Source: Dehalococcoidia bacterium (lineage in GTDB: Bacteria > Chloroflexota > Dehalococcoidia > Lucifugimonadales > Australimonadaceae). Taken from it: a DNA stretch of 64,000 nucleotides. A program made the translations under genes and the position numbers. The stretch's first letter is position 1. Each line of letters starts with the position of its first letter. The notes beneath the pieces are model-generated. The model was not told the origin of the DNA, made no database searches, and worked only from the letters and a program-made list of their open reading frames with translations. This document shows, one piece after another, positions 55,900 to 64,000 of the stretch. The stretch covers positions 465,948-529,947 of the forward strand of contig OZ242348.1 of the NCBI GenBank assembly GCA_965208625.1, in the 5' to 3' direction.

Positions 55900-56952
55900 C
55901 TAATGCCCGCCCCCGGACGATGACGCGGCGCGCTCCTCCCGGTAGAACACCTCCTCCGGGAAGATCTCGTCCCAAGGCTGCTTGGCGGCGCTGAGCCCCT
56001 GCTCCATGGAGAACGTCTGCGCCATGTCGAACGCCTTGGCGTTCGCCGTGATGCCGTAGGCGAACGGGTCCGGCCCGAACACCCCGTCGATCTCCTGCTG
56101 GAATTGCCTCCCGAACACGTAGAGCGTCGGCGGCATGGCCCGCAACCGCTGGATGGCGAGCCGCTTGGACGACTCGAACGCCTCCATGAGGCTCACCGCC
56201 ACCCACGGGTGCTCCTCCACGATGCTCTCCCGCACGACCGTCACGTGGTGCGGCGGGAAGACCCCGTGCTTCTGAAAGAAACGGACGGACTCCGCCTTCG
56301 GGTCGGAGAACAGCGTTGGGAAGTCCGGGTTGTCGATCAGGTTGACGCTCTGCATCCGGTCGATGCCCGACCCCTGCGCGGAACCGATGCCGATGGAAGC
56401 GTCGAGCTCGCCGTCGAGGTACATCGAGCTGAAGTCGGTGGTTGCGTGCCGCAGATCGAGGTCCTCCGGCAGACCCAGCCCCGCGTCCTTCGATGCCCCG
56501 GTATGGCTGAAGTGCTCGCTGCGCTCCATGAACCACGTCATGTCCTGCGGCTCGATGCCCCACTCCAGCTTCAGGATGCCCCGAGTCCACAGCCCCACGG
56601 ACTGCTGGTAGTCGCCGATGCCGAACCGCTTGCCCTTCAGGTCCTCCGGGTGGTCCTGCCGGATACCGGCCGCCTTCCGGATGAAGACGTTGGTGTACGA
56701 GAACGTGCGGTTGTGGAACACCGGCAGCATCCGGTACGGGAACCCCAGCGGCCGCATCCGCAGGTACGAGGACATCGACATCTCGGAGACGTCGAAGCGG
56801 TGGTACTTGATCTGCTCATAGAAGACGCGCGGCACCGCGCCGGGCATCCCCTGGTAGTCGAGCGTGATGCCGTCCGGTTTCACCTCGCCGTTGATCATGG
56901 GCATGACGCGGTCGTAGGCGGTGATGGCGAACGAGAGTTCGATGTCGGGCAT
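55900..56952 (-). CDS. PhtD-like protein (paralogue of 33899..34876)
   Basis: MPDIELSFAITAYDRVMPMINGEVKPDGI ... FDVSEMSMS ... MLPVFHNRTFSY. Start trimmed to ATG 56952 (GGAGG 6 nt upstream). Confidence 0.6.
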   Translation of the reverse strand: MPDIELSFAITAYDRVMPMINGEVKPDGITLDYQGMPGAVPRVFYEQIKYHRFDVSEMSMSSYLRMRPLGFPYRMLPVFHNRTFSYTNVFIRKAAGIRQDHPEDLKGKRFGIGDYQQSVGLWTRGILKLEWGIEPQDMTWFMERSEHFSHTGASKDAGLGLPEDLDLRHATTDFSSMYLDGELDASIGIGSAQGSGIDRMQSVNLIDNPDFPTLFSDPKAESVRFFQKHGVFPPHHVTVVRESIVEEHPWVAVSLMEAFESSKRLAIQRLRAMPPTLYVFGRQFQQEIDGVFGPDPFAYGITANAKAFDMAQTFSMEQGLSAAKQPWDEIFPEEVFYREERAASSSGGGH

Positions 56953-57026
56953 GACGTGCCTCCGCACGGGCAGGGTGCGGCGATGATACCCCAGACGGGG
57001 CTACGCGGCGCGCCGGTCAGCTATCG

Positions 57027-57401
57027 CTAGCCAATCTCCAGCGTACGGAACGCGCCGCGCTGCAGGGCCGCAGTCGCGAGCAGTTGCTCCAGGACGACCT
57101 GCGCCTCGGGCCGGCGCAGGTCCAGCGAAGACGCGCCGATAGCCCGGTACAGCACACCCGATCCCACCTTGGTGCTCACCTCGCCACCAACCTCCTCCGG
57201 CAGCTCCACTCCAAGCGCGAACGCCATCGCCTGCGCCTGCAGCGCGCCGACCCCAGAGGCGTGCGTCTTGGTGAGCGCGCGCCTGTTGTAGAGCAGCGTG
57301 TACCCGTTCTTGTTGCGCCGGAGCGTCACCGGCGTCTCCCCGCGCGGCCGGTTGATGAGGCGCTCCGCGTAGTCGAGCGCTTTCGTGCGTGAGAGAGCCA
57401 T
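57027..57401 (-). CDS. Hypothetical protein (124 aa), last but one gene of the ABC operon
   Basis: ORF starts 3 nt after the permease stop and has normal composition. No motif recognised. Confidence 0.45.
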   Translation of the reverse strand: MALSRTKALDYAERLINRPRGETPVTLRRNKNGYTLLYNRRALTKTHASGVGALQAQAMAFALGVELPEEVGGEVSTKVGSGVLYRAIGASSLDLRRPEAQVVLEQLLATAALQRGAFRTLEIG

Positions 57402-57404
57402 GGG

Positions 57405-59132
57405 CTATCGCCGCTGTACGCCCATGTTAAGGCCAAAGTAGCGTGCAACGACCGCTATGCCGAGCGTCATGAAGACGATGAGCGCCCCGACGACGGATGC
57501 CTCCTCGAATCGCCCGTCGACGATGTGGTCAAGTTGGAGTATGGCCAGCGGCCGGGTTGACGACGTTGTGAGGATGGCGATGTGGCTCACCGCGCGCGTC
57601 GCGCCGACGAATGCAAGCGTCCCCACCGCGATGAGCGTCGGCGCCATGAGCGGCAGGACGATGCGTCTGAACGTGTAGAGCCAGCCCGCGCCCGCCAGCC
57701 ACGAGGCCTCTTCCAGCTCGGCGCTGATCTGCAGGAGGTTGCTCTTGAGCAACTGCACGCCGATGGTCATGGAGGTCACCGAGACAGCGGCGATGAGCGC
57801 CCAGTGCGTGCCGAAGAGCGGTCGGAGCAGCGGGATGTTCAGGAGCACGAGCATGAGGCCCAGCCCCAGAACGATGCCGGGGATGGTGATCGGCATCCAG
57901 GAGACGAAGTCCAGGGCGTGCCGTCCGATGAAGCGGGTCCTGACCACGATGTAGGCGACCGTGGAGTAGACGGTCATGGCGATGCCCGCGGCGCCGAAGG
58001 CGATGATGAGCGTGTTCTTCACCGAACTGAGGAAGATGGGGTCGGCGAGGACGTCCGCCCAGTTCTCCATGGTGAACGGAGAGCCGGTCACGTCGAAGAA
58101 GCCGAAGAGCTTCATGAAAGTGCCGAGCATCATCATGCTCAGCGGCACGACGGTGATGAGGCTGATGAAGAACATCGCTCCGGCGAAGGCGGGCCAGCGG
58201 AACCTGCCGAGGGGGAAGAGCTGGGGCTTGAACTGGCCGGTGATGGTGGTGTAGCGCCTGCGGCGGGCGTTCCACTGCTGCACGAGGATGAGCGGCGTCA
58301 TCAGCACCAGGACGGAGACGCCCAGCGCCGTGGCGTTGGCGAACGAGGGCGGCTGCTTGGCGACCTCGCGGAAGATGAACGTTCCGTAGTTGAAGAACTG
58401 GATAGGGGGGCCGACGACACGCTCGATCTCGAAGCTCTCAAGTCCGAACAGGATGCCGAGCAGGACGACCGTCATGATGGCGGGAGCCATGATGGGCATG
58501 ACGATCCGCATGAGTGTGAACGGACCACTGGTGCCGCACACCCTCGCAGCCTCCTCCAGCGAGGCGTCCATGTTCTGGAACACGGGGCGGAGGAGGATGG
58601 CCTTGACCGCTATGGTCTTGGTCACGAGGTGTAGCCAGACGATGCCGGCCATCGAGTAGATGTTGAAGGGGCCGCTGCCGCCGAACAGCGCCGCCCACGC
58701 CTGGTTGAGCAGCCCGAACTCGGGCGCGAGGAGCAGGATGTAGCCGAGCACAACGGGCAGCGTGGGGAGGAAGAAGGCGACCCAGAAGGCGAGGTCTATC
58801 CACTCCTTGCCGGGAAGATCGGTGCGGGCCGTGAGCCACGCGAGCGTGATGCCGACAGGGGTCGCTACCGTCTGGACGATGGCGACGATGAGGATGGTAT
58901 TCCACAGGGCCTGGATAAGGCCGGGGTTCTGGTAGGCGGACACCCAGTTCGAGATGCCCCATCCGGCGCGCGGGGTGAAGACGCCGTCGCCGATCTTGAA
59001 GCTGTCCACGAAGAGCAGGAGGATGGGGTAGAGGACGATGACCCCCACCCACATGATGACGATCATGAAGAGGATCGTCTTAACCTCTACCCTGAGCAGT
59101 GCCGGGCGTAGCTGGCCTATTCGGGTTGCCAT
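57405..59132 (-). CDS. ABC transporter permease, fused double (12-TM) iron(III)/polyamine-type
   Basis: Two BPD-transport (EAA-loop) halves. Start trimmed to ATG 59132, a 16-nt overlap with the ATPase gene. Confidence 0.8.
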   Translation of the reverse strand: MATRIGQLRPALLRVEVKTILFMIVIMWVGVIVLYPILLLFVDSFKIGDGVFTPRAGWGISNWVSAYQNPGLIQALWNTILIVAIVQTVATPVGITLAWLTARTDLPGKEWIDLAFWVAFFLPTLPVVLGYILLLAPEFGLLNQAWAALFGGSGPFNIYSMAGIVWLHLVTKTIAVKAILLRPVFQNMDASLEEAARVCGTSGPFTLMRIVMPIMAPAIMTVVLLGILFGLESFEIERVVGPPIQFFNYGTFIFREVAKQPPSFANATALGVSVLVLMTPLILVQQWNARRRRYTTITGQFKPQLFPLGRFRWPAFAGAMFFISLITVVPLSMMMLGTFMKLFGFFDVTGSPFTMENWADVLADPIFLSSVKNTLIIAFGAAGIAMTVYSTVAYIVVRTRFIGRHALDFVSWMPITIPGIVLGLGLMLVLLNIPLLRPLFGTHWALIAAVSVTSMTIGVQLLKSNLLQISAELEEASWLAGAGWLYTFRRIVLPLMAPTLIAVGTLAFVGATRAVSHIAILTTSSTRPLAILQLDHIVDGRFEEASVVGALIVFMTLGIAVVARYFGLNMGVQRR

Positions 59133-60217
59133 GCGCTGACCGCTCCTTCGGGCAGGTAGACGGTGAGGGTGTCTCCCTCTTTCTTCCGGGTGTCCCGCGG
59201 GAGCGAGATCATGACCGAGTCCCCCGCGAGTCGCAGGTAGCACTCGTACCGGTCGCCGACGAACAGCAGGTTCTCAATCGTGCCTTCCAGCAGGTTGGAC
59301 TCGGCCCCGGGCTCTCCGCCGACCACCACGTCCTCCGGCCGCACCGATATGGTCGCGGCGTTCCCTATGACCAGGTCCCTCGACACATGCGCTCCCGCCA
59401 CCACGCTCTGCGAGCCGCCGTCGATGCTCACTTCGAGCTTGCCGGAGCCGTCCACGGAGATGACCGTGCCGGAGAGTTTCAGCATCTTGCCCAGGAAGTC
59501 GCGCACGAATGAGTCCTCGGGTTGTTCGTAGAGCACCTTGGGCTCCGCGACCTGGATGGCGTGCCCATTGCTCATCACCGCTATGCGGTCTGAGAGGCTG
59601 AGCGCTTCCGTCTGGTCGTGCGTCACGAAGAGGACGGTGATCCCGAGCGTCTTCTGCAGCTGCTTCACCTCCACGCGCATCTGCTCGCGCAGCTTTGAGT
59701 CGAGGTTGCTGAAGGGCTCGTCGAGCAGGAGCACGGCGGGCTCGTAGATGAGGGCGCGGGCGAGGGCGACGCGCTGCTGCTGGCCGCCGCTGAGCATCGG
59801 GGCGGGACGGCTTCCCAGGCCGTCCAGGCCAACGAGGTTCAGCACACGCTCCACCCTGTCCCGGATCTCTGCGCGCTTCATCCGCCGGATGCGGAGCGGG
59901 TAGCTTACGTTGTCGAACACGTTCATGTGCGGCCAGATGGCGTAGGACTGGAACACCATCCCCATCATGCGCTGGTGGGGCGGCACGAACGTGTTGCGGG
60001 GGACGGAAGCGACCAGCCGGTCACGCACCCATATCTCGCCGTTGTCCGGCTGTTCGAGGCCGGCAACGAGGCGGAGGGTCGTCGTCTTCCCGCATCCGCT
60101 CGGTCCGAGCAGCGTGAATATCTCGCCCGCCTGCACGTCGAGCGAGACCTGGTCGACAGCCTTGGTTGTGCCGAAGGTCCTGCTCACACGGTCCAATTGG
60201 AGGATGCTGTCCGACAT
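59117..60217 (-). CDS. ABC transporter ATP-binding protein (PotA/FbpC/MalK-like with a C-terminal TOBE-like domain)
   Basis: GPSGCGKTT, LSGGQQQRVALARAL and LLLDEP. Start trimmed to ATG 60217. Confidence 0.9.
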   Translation of the reverse strand: MSDSILQLDRVSRTFGTTKAVDQVSLDVQAGEIFTLLGPSGCGKTTTLRLVAGLEQPDNGEIWVRDRLVASVPRNTFVPPHQRMMGMVFQSYAIWPHMNVFDNVSYPLRIRRMKRAEIRDRVERVLNLVGLDGLGSRPAPMLSGGQQQRVALARALIYEPAVLLLDEPFSNLDSKLREQMRVEVKQLQKTLGITVLFVTHDQTEALSLSDRIAVMSNGHAIQVAEPKVLYEQPEDSFVRDFLGKMLKLSGTVISVDGSGKLEVSIDGGSQSVVAGAHVSRDLVIGNAATISVRPEDVVVGGEPGAESNLLEGTIENLLFVGDRYECYLRLAGDSVMISLPRDTRKKEGDTLTVYLPEGAVSAWQPE

Positions 60218-60328
60218 CGAAACCCCGGCGTAGTACTCAGCGAGCCACAGGCTCAGCCTGTGGCTCGCCCGATTGGGGAAAGCCGTCTGCTGGTGAGGCG
60301 CATCACGCCTCACCAGCAGTGGTGAGTC

Positions 60329-61558
60329 TTACTGTATCAGGACGCCCTGCACCAGTTCCGTGAACCGGGCGCGGTCTTCCGAGAGCCCCTCGTCCTGGCT
60401 GAGCCGGAATGTTGTGAGGTCTTCTTCCGTCACGGTCAGGTTGCAGCGGCCGCAATCGACGTCCTTGCGGCGGCTGTTCGTGGGCACCACTTCGTTCCAC
60501 AACTGCTGATGCTCCCTGGTGAGCAGCCAGTTCACGTAGACCTTGGCGGCGTTGGGGTGGGGCATGTTGTTGTGCAACTGGAGCGATTCGCAGGCGTTGC
60601 TGAGGCTCGGGGCCTCCTCGGAGAGCGACTCGATGTGGCTGAGGTCGACGCCCTCCGCGATGAAGTCCCTCAGCGCGTTGGTGTCGACGGTCGTCGCTAT
60701 CCCGTATTGCCCGCGGAGCAGGAACTCGATCTGCTGGCGGTGGTCGCGTATCACGACGGGCTCGTTCGCGAGGAGGTCGTTGAGCCAGTCCTCTCCGTAC
60801 TGGAGCATCTGCATCATCATCGTGTTCTGGGCCGCTCCACCCTCCGAGCTGAGGGAGATGATCTGGCCCTTCCACTTCGGGTCTGTGATCTGCTCGACGG
60901 AGCTGAGTTCCGACTCGGGGATGATGTTCCGGTTGACCCAGAAGCTGTCTCCGGCCGAGGAAGTGAGCACGATAGGCCAGGCGAACTGCTTCGTCGTGTC
61001 CAGCCAGACGCCGTCTATGCCGCCGAGCCAGACGTCCGGGTCGCGGACCTCCGGCAGGATGAACCACTCGTCGAAGTCCAGCGGTGCGTGAGTGCTGTTG
61101 GTGTGCATCGCGCTGAACGTCGTGGTGTCGGCGCCGCCGATACGGATGTCGAAGTTGTGCTGGCCGAAGCCGGCCTCACGGACGACGAGCGGCCAGAGGT
61201 CCCGGCTGTTGAACGGCTGGTGTTCCAGGGTGATGTTCGGGAACTCCTCAGCCCAGCCCTCGTTCATGGCGCGGCGCCGGCCCTCGCCTCCGCAGGAGGT
61301 CACCACCACTTTGCCTTCCTCCTCCGCCGCGGCGATGGTCTCTTCCCACCGGATCTCCCACTCGGGACGCGACGGCGTCGGAGTTGCCGTTGCCACCTGG
61401 ACCGGCATCGGCGTTGGCGTTGCCTCAGGCGGTGGGGTGGGCGTGGGGGCGGGAGTCGGCGTTGCGGTGGGGTCCGCCCCGCAAGCAACCAGCAGCGCAC
61501 CTGTGGTGACTGCCATCAGTATCGTCAACAAGATGTGTCGCATATCGAACCGCAGCAT
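60329..61558 (-). CDS. ABC transporter substrate-binding lipoprotein (Fe3+/polyamine-type family 1 SBP) with a Pro/Thr-rich tether
   Basis: Signal peptide plus lipobox LVACG, then PTATPTPAPTPTPPPEATPTP. GGAGG 5 nt upstream of ATG 61558. Confidence 0.75.
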   Translation of the reverse strand: MLRFDMRHILLTILMAVTTGALLVACGADPTATPTPAPTPTPPPEATPTPMPVQVATATPTPSRPEWEIRWEETIAAAEEEGKVVVTSCGGEGRRRAMNEGWAEEFPNITLEHQPFNSRDLWPLVVREAGFGQHNFDIRIGGADTTTFSAMHTNSTHAPLDFDEWFILPEVRDPDVWLGGIDGVWLDTTKQFAWPIVLTSSAGDSFWVNRNIIPESELSSVEQITDPKWKGQIISLSSEGGAAQNTMMMQMLQYGEDWLNDLLANEPVVIRDHRQQIEFLLRGQYGIATTVDTNALRDFIAEGVDLSHIESLSEEAPSLSNACESLQLHNNMPHPNAAKVYVNWLLTREHQQLWNEVVPTNSRRKDVDCGRCNLTVTEEDLTTFRLSQDEGLSEDRARFTELVQGVLIQ

Positions 61559-61613
61559 GGCTTCCTCCCTGTGCACGTAGGCGCGGTGTGATGATCAAGG
61601 GCAGGGGTGCCCG

Positions 61614-62885
61614 TCAGTGTGCGGCGGCCCCCACTTTCAAGTATTGCCTCCATGAGGTACGCCAGTCCTCGCCTGCGGGCACGATGGCGTCTGCGCAGAT
61701 GAGGTCCTCGTAGTTGTTGCGGGCAGGGTCGTGCGTCACGTTGGGCGGTTCTGCGCCGTCCTGGACAGCGCGGACAGCCTGCAGCAGCAGGCGACGGTGC
61801 GCGGCGATGGCCTTGTCCGTCGTGCCGAGATGCTCGGCTGAGCGGTCCTGTATGGCTCCCTGCGTCTCGGTCGCGTAGAGGTCGTGCGCGGCGAAGAACC
61901 GGCCCATGCCGATGAAGCTTGTGGCGACCATCTCCTCACGGTCCTGCATGAACCGGTTGCCGAGGTTCCGGTGGGGCACCCAGTCGTCGCCCATCTCGGA
62001 GTAGAAATCGTTGCGGAGCTGCTCCTTGTCCAGCGGGCCGCCCCGCCTGAAGTTGACGCGGAACTTCCAGTGGTGGGTGTCGTCGATGGGGACGTGCCAG
62101 TTGATGTTGAAGCCGTCCACGCCCTGCGGGTTCGGGGCCATGTTGGGGTAGACGAAGTTGGTTATACGCACGTAACTCGCGCCGTCGCCGCCGTCGCGCA
62201 CGGAGAATATGCGCAGCCCGAAGAAGGTCTCCTCCACCTCGATCGTCGGGCTCACGTCGTGGGTGAAGTAGGAATTGGAAGAACCGGTGCCGCCGACGAC
62301 CGCGCGCGCCCGCTCGTCCTCCCGCAGGAAGCGGTGGAGGTACGAGAGGTGCACGGGGTCGATGTTGCCCTCGTTTCCCTGCAGGTAGTTGCAGGCGGAG
62401 AGCAGCTTCGACGCGAAGACGGACTCCTCCGGAGCCGTGAGGAACTCATAGGCAGGGAGCAGCGGCGGTTCGCCCGGGCCCATGTAGGCCAGGATGAACC
62501 CGCCGGCCTCGACGCACGGGTAAGCGAGGTGCTTGACCTTGTCCTTGAAGGTGCTGCCTTCCGGCTCGCCGGGCTGCTCCAGGCAGTTGCCGTGGACGTC
62601 GTACAGCCAGCCGTGGTAGAGGCAGCGCAGACCGCCGTCCTCGATGCGTGCATAACTGAGGTCAGCTGCGCGGTGCGAGCAGTGGATTCCCAGCAGGCCG
62701 AGTTCACCGTACTGGTTGCGGAAGAGTGCGAGGTCTTCGCCGAGGATACGTACATGCAGGGGGGCGCCACCGAGCGGCAACTCTTCTGCAAGGGCGACAG
62801 GGTGCCAGTAGCGGCGGAGCATCTCGCCTCCCGGCGTGCCCGGCCCTGTCTGGGTGAGTAGCGCATTGTCTTCCGCGCTGAGCAT
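61614..62885 (-). CDS. Rieske [2Fe-2S] non-heme-iron oxygenase, alpha subunit (KshA/phthalate-family type)
   Basis: CSHRAADLSYARIEDGGLRCLYHGW Rieske motif, plus NEGNIDPVHLSYLH iron-site region. Confidence 0.85.
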   Translation of the reverse strand: MLSAEDNALLTQTGPGTPGGEMLRRYWHPVALAEELPLGGAPLHVRILGEDLALFRNQYGELGLLGIHCSHRAADLSYARIEDGGLRCLYHGWLYDVHGNCLEQPGEPEGSTFKDKVKHLAYPCVEAGGFILAYMGPGEPPLLPAYEFLTAPEESVFASKLLSACNYLQGNEGNIDPVHLSYLHRFLREDERARAVVGGTGSSNSYFTHDVSPTIEVEETFFGLRIFSVRDGGDGASYVRITNFVYPNMAPNPQGVDGFNINWHVPIDDTHHWKFRVNFRRGGPLDKEQLRNDFYSEMGDDWVPHRNLGNRFMQDREEMVATSFIGMGRFFAAHDLYATETQGAIQDRSAEHLGTTDKAIAAHRRLLLQAVRAVQDGAEPPNVTHDPARNNYEDLICADAIVPAGEDWRTSWRQYLKVGAAAH

Positions 62886-63019
62886 CGCTGTTTCTCCTCC
62901 CAGCGTCGTTACTCCGCCGACCGTACCCTCAGGGCAAACTAGCCCAGCACATGGGCAAAGTCAAGGCGAGATTGGAGGTTAACTGCATCGTACAGGCGTA
63001 GCGGTACGATTCACGCGCA

Positions 63020-63048
63020 TTGACAGGGGAAATGGCAATCCATACATT
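63020..63048 (+). promoter_or_regulatory. Sigma70-like promoter for the second Rieske oxygenase gene
   Basis: TTGACA (63020..25), a 17-nt spacer, then TACATT (63043..48), 54 nt upstream of ATG 63102. Confidence 0.45.
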
Positions 63049-63101
63049 CATGGAAGACGCATGGATGGACGAGCATAGAAGCTGCTGGGCAGGAGGAGCC
63101 G

Positions 63102-64000
63102 ATGCTGACTCGCGAAGACAATGAGTTGATGACCCGTGTCGGCCCCGGCACGCCGATGGGCGAGATGATCCGGCAGTACTGGACGCCGGTCATGCGCTCA
63201 TCCGACCTTCCCGAACGCGACAGCAGCCCGGAGCGCATCCGCCTGCTGGGCGAGGACCTCGTGATACTGCGGGACACGAGCGGACGGGTTGGCCTGATGG
63301 CAGAGAACTGCTCGCACCGCGGGTGCTCGCTCTTCTACGGCCGCAACGAGGATGACGGCATCCGCTGCATCTACCACGGCTGGAAGTACGACATGACCGG
63401 CCAGTGCGTGGACATGCCAAATGAGCCCGCGGCGAGCAACTTCAAGACCAAGGTGCGGCAGCGGGCGTACCCGTGTATCGAGGCGGGCGGCATGGTGTGG
63501 ACGTACATGGGCCCTCGCGAGACGCCGCCCCCGCTGCCCGACCTGGAGTGGATGTCGGTGCCCGCGTCGCACCGGCGGCTCACCCCGTTCCAGCGGGAGT
63601 GCAACTGGGTGCAGGCCTTGGAGGGGGACATCGACACCAGTCACCTCTACTTCCTTCACGGCAGGCTGAACCCGGACGACCCTCCGTACATGGGCGTCTG
63701 GCACACGGACAAGCACCCGAAGCTGGAAGTGGTGCCGACGAACTACGGCGTCGTCTACGCGGCGAACCGCGAGGAGGACCCGGAGACGACGTACTGGCGC
63801 GTGACGCAGTTCATGTTTCCCATCCACACGCTCTTCCCGGGCTATCCGGATGGGACGGTACCAGGGCACATCTGGGTGCCGATGGACGACTACCACACCA
63901 TCGTGTGGACGGTGCTGTGGAACCCGGTGACGTCGCTTGAGGAACTGATGGGGCCGACCGGAGCGATGGCCCGAGGCGGCAGCGGCGTGGGCGAGTTCCG
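63102..64000 (+). CDS. Rieske [2Fe-2S] non-heme-iron oxygenase alpha subunit, 3' partial (runs off the window)
   Basis: Not in the ORF track because it is open-ended. ATG 63102 after AGGAGG. MLTREDNELMTRVGPGTPMGE ... CSHRGCSLFYGRNEDDGIRCIYHGW ... LEGDIDTSHLYFLH. Paralogous to 61614..62885. Confidence 0.85.
   Translation, partial: MLTREDNELMTRVGPGTPMGEMIRQYWTPVMRSSDLPERDSSPERIRLLGEDLVILRDTSGRVGLMAENCSHRGCSLFYGRNEDDGIRCIYHGWKYDMTGQCVDMPNEPAASNFKTKVRQRAYPCIEAGGMVWTYMGPRETPPPLPDLEWMSVPASHRRLTPFQRECNWVQALEGDIDTSHLYFLHGRLNPDDPPYMGVWHTDKHPKLEVVPTNYGVVYAANREEDPETTYWRVTQFMFPIHTLFPGYPDGTVPGHIWVPMDDYHTIVWTVLWNPVTSLEELMGPTGAMARGGSGVGEF

Overview
This is a 64 kb high-GC bacterial chromosomal segment (about 65-68% G+C by spot counts of 60-nt lines) with roughly 60 genes. 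Housekeeping anchors are glyQS, lepB, tRNA-Lys(UUU), cinA, a cysteine desulfurase, speH-speB and an ABC-F ATPase. They are interleaved with CoA-dependent and aromatic catabolism genes: two amidohydrolase_2 genes, family III CoA-transferases including a tandem fusion, a crotonase, an alpha/beta hydrolase, thiolase-like plus DUF35, two PhtD-like paralogues, two divergent Rieske oxygenases, and RidA plus two RraA-like genes. There are also MFS and ABC transporters and three two-component proteins. The gene content and the dense GC-rich hairpin repeats suggest an uncultured heterotroph such as a marine or sponge-associated Chloroflexota; this is inference only. No transposase, integrase, CRISPR array or rRNA was seen. 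Main findings: (1) An AT-rich ~3.9 kb island (49.3-53.2 kb) encodes one orphan protein of about 1,260 aa that I cannot assign to any family, preceded by a helically phased TGAGCAG array. This is my best candidate for an undescribed conflict or defence gene. (2) A second AT-rich insert (2.27-4.19 kb) encodes an SPL/COG1533-type radical SAM enzyme coupled to a methyltransferase-like protein. (3) There are two candidate selenoproteins: a rhodanese with TGA exactly at the catalytic Cys position, and a deiodinase-like T-U-P-P motif at the window edge. Each has a downstream hairpin. (4) A STAS-GHKL plus STAS-like (DUF4325-like) pair sits inside a tight 5-gene operon. (5) A His/Cys-rich small protein is followed by a CDF transporter whose N-terminus carries 45-bp tandem His-rich repeats. 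(6) There are two single-base frameshifts, a squalene-hopene cyclase remnant, two toxin-antitoxin pairs and several families of REP-like hairpins, including a ~384-bp tandem duplication. All functional calls rest on motifs I recognise by eye; no database search was run.
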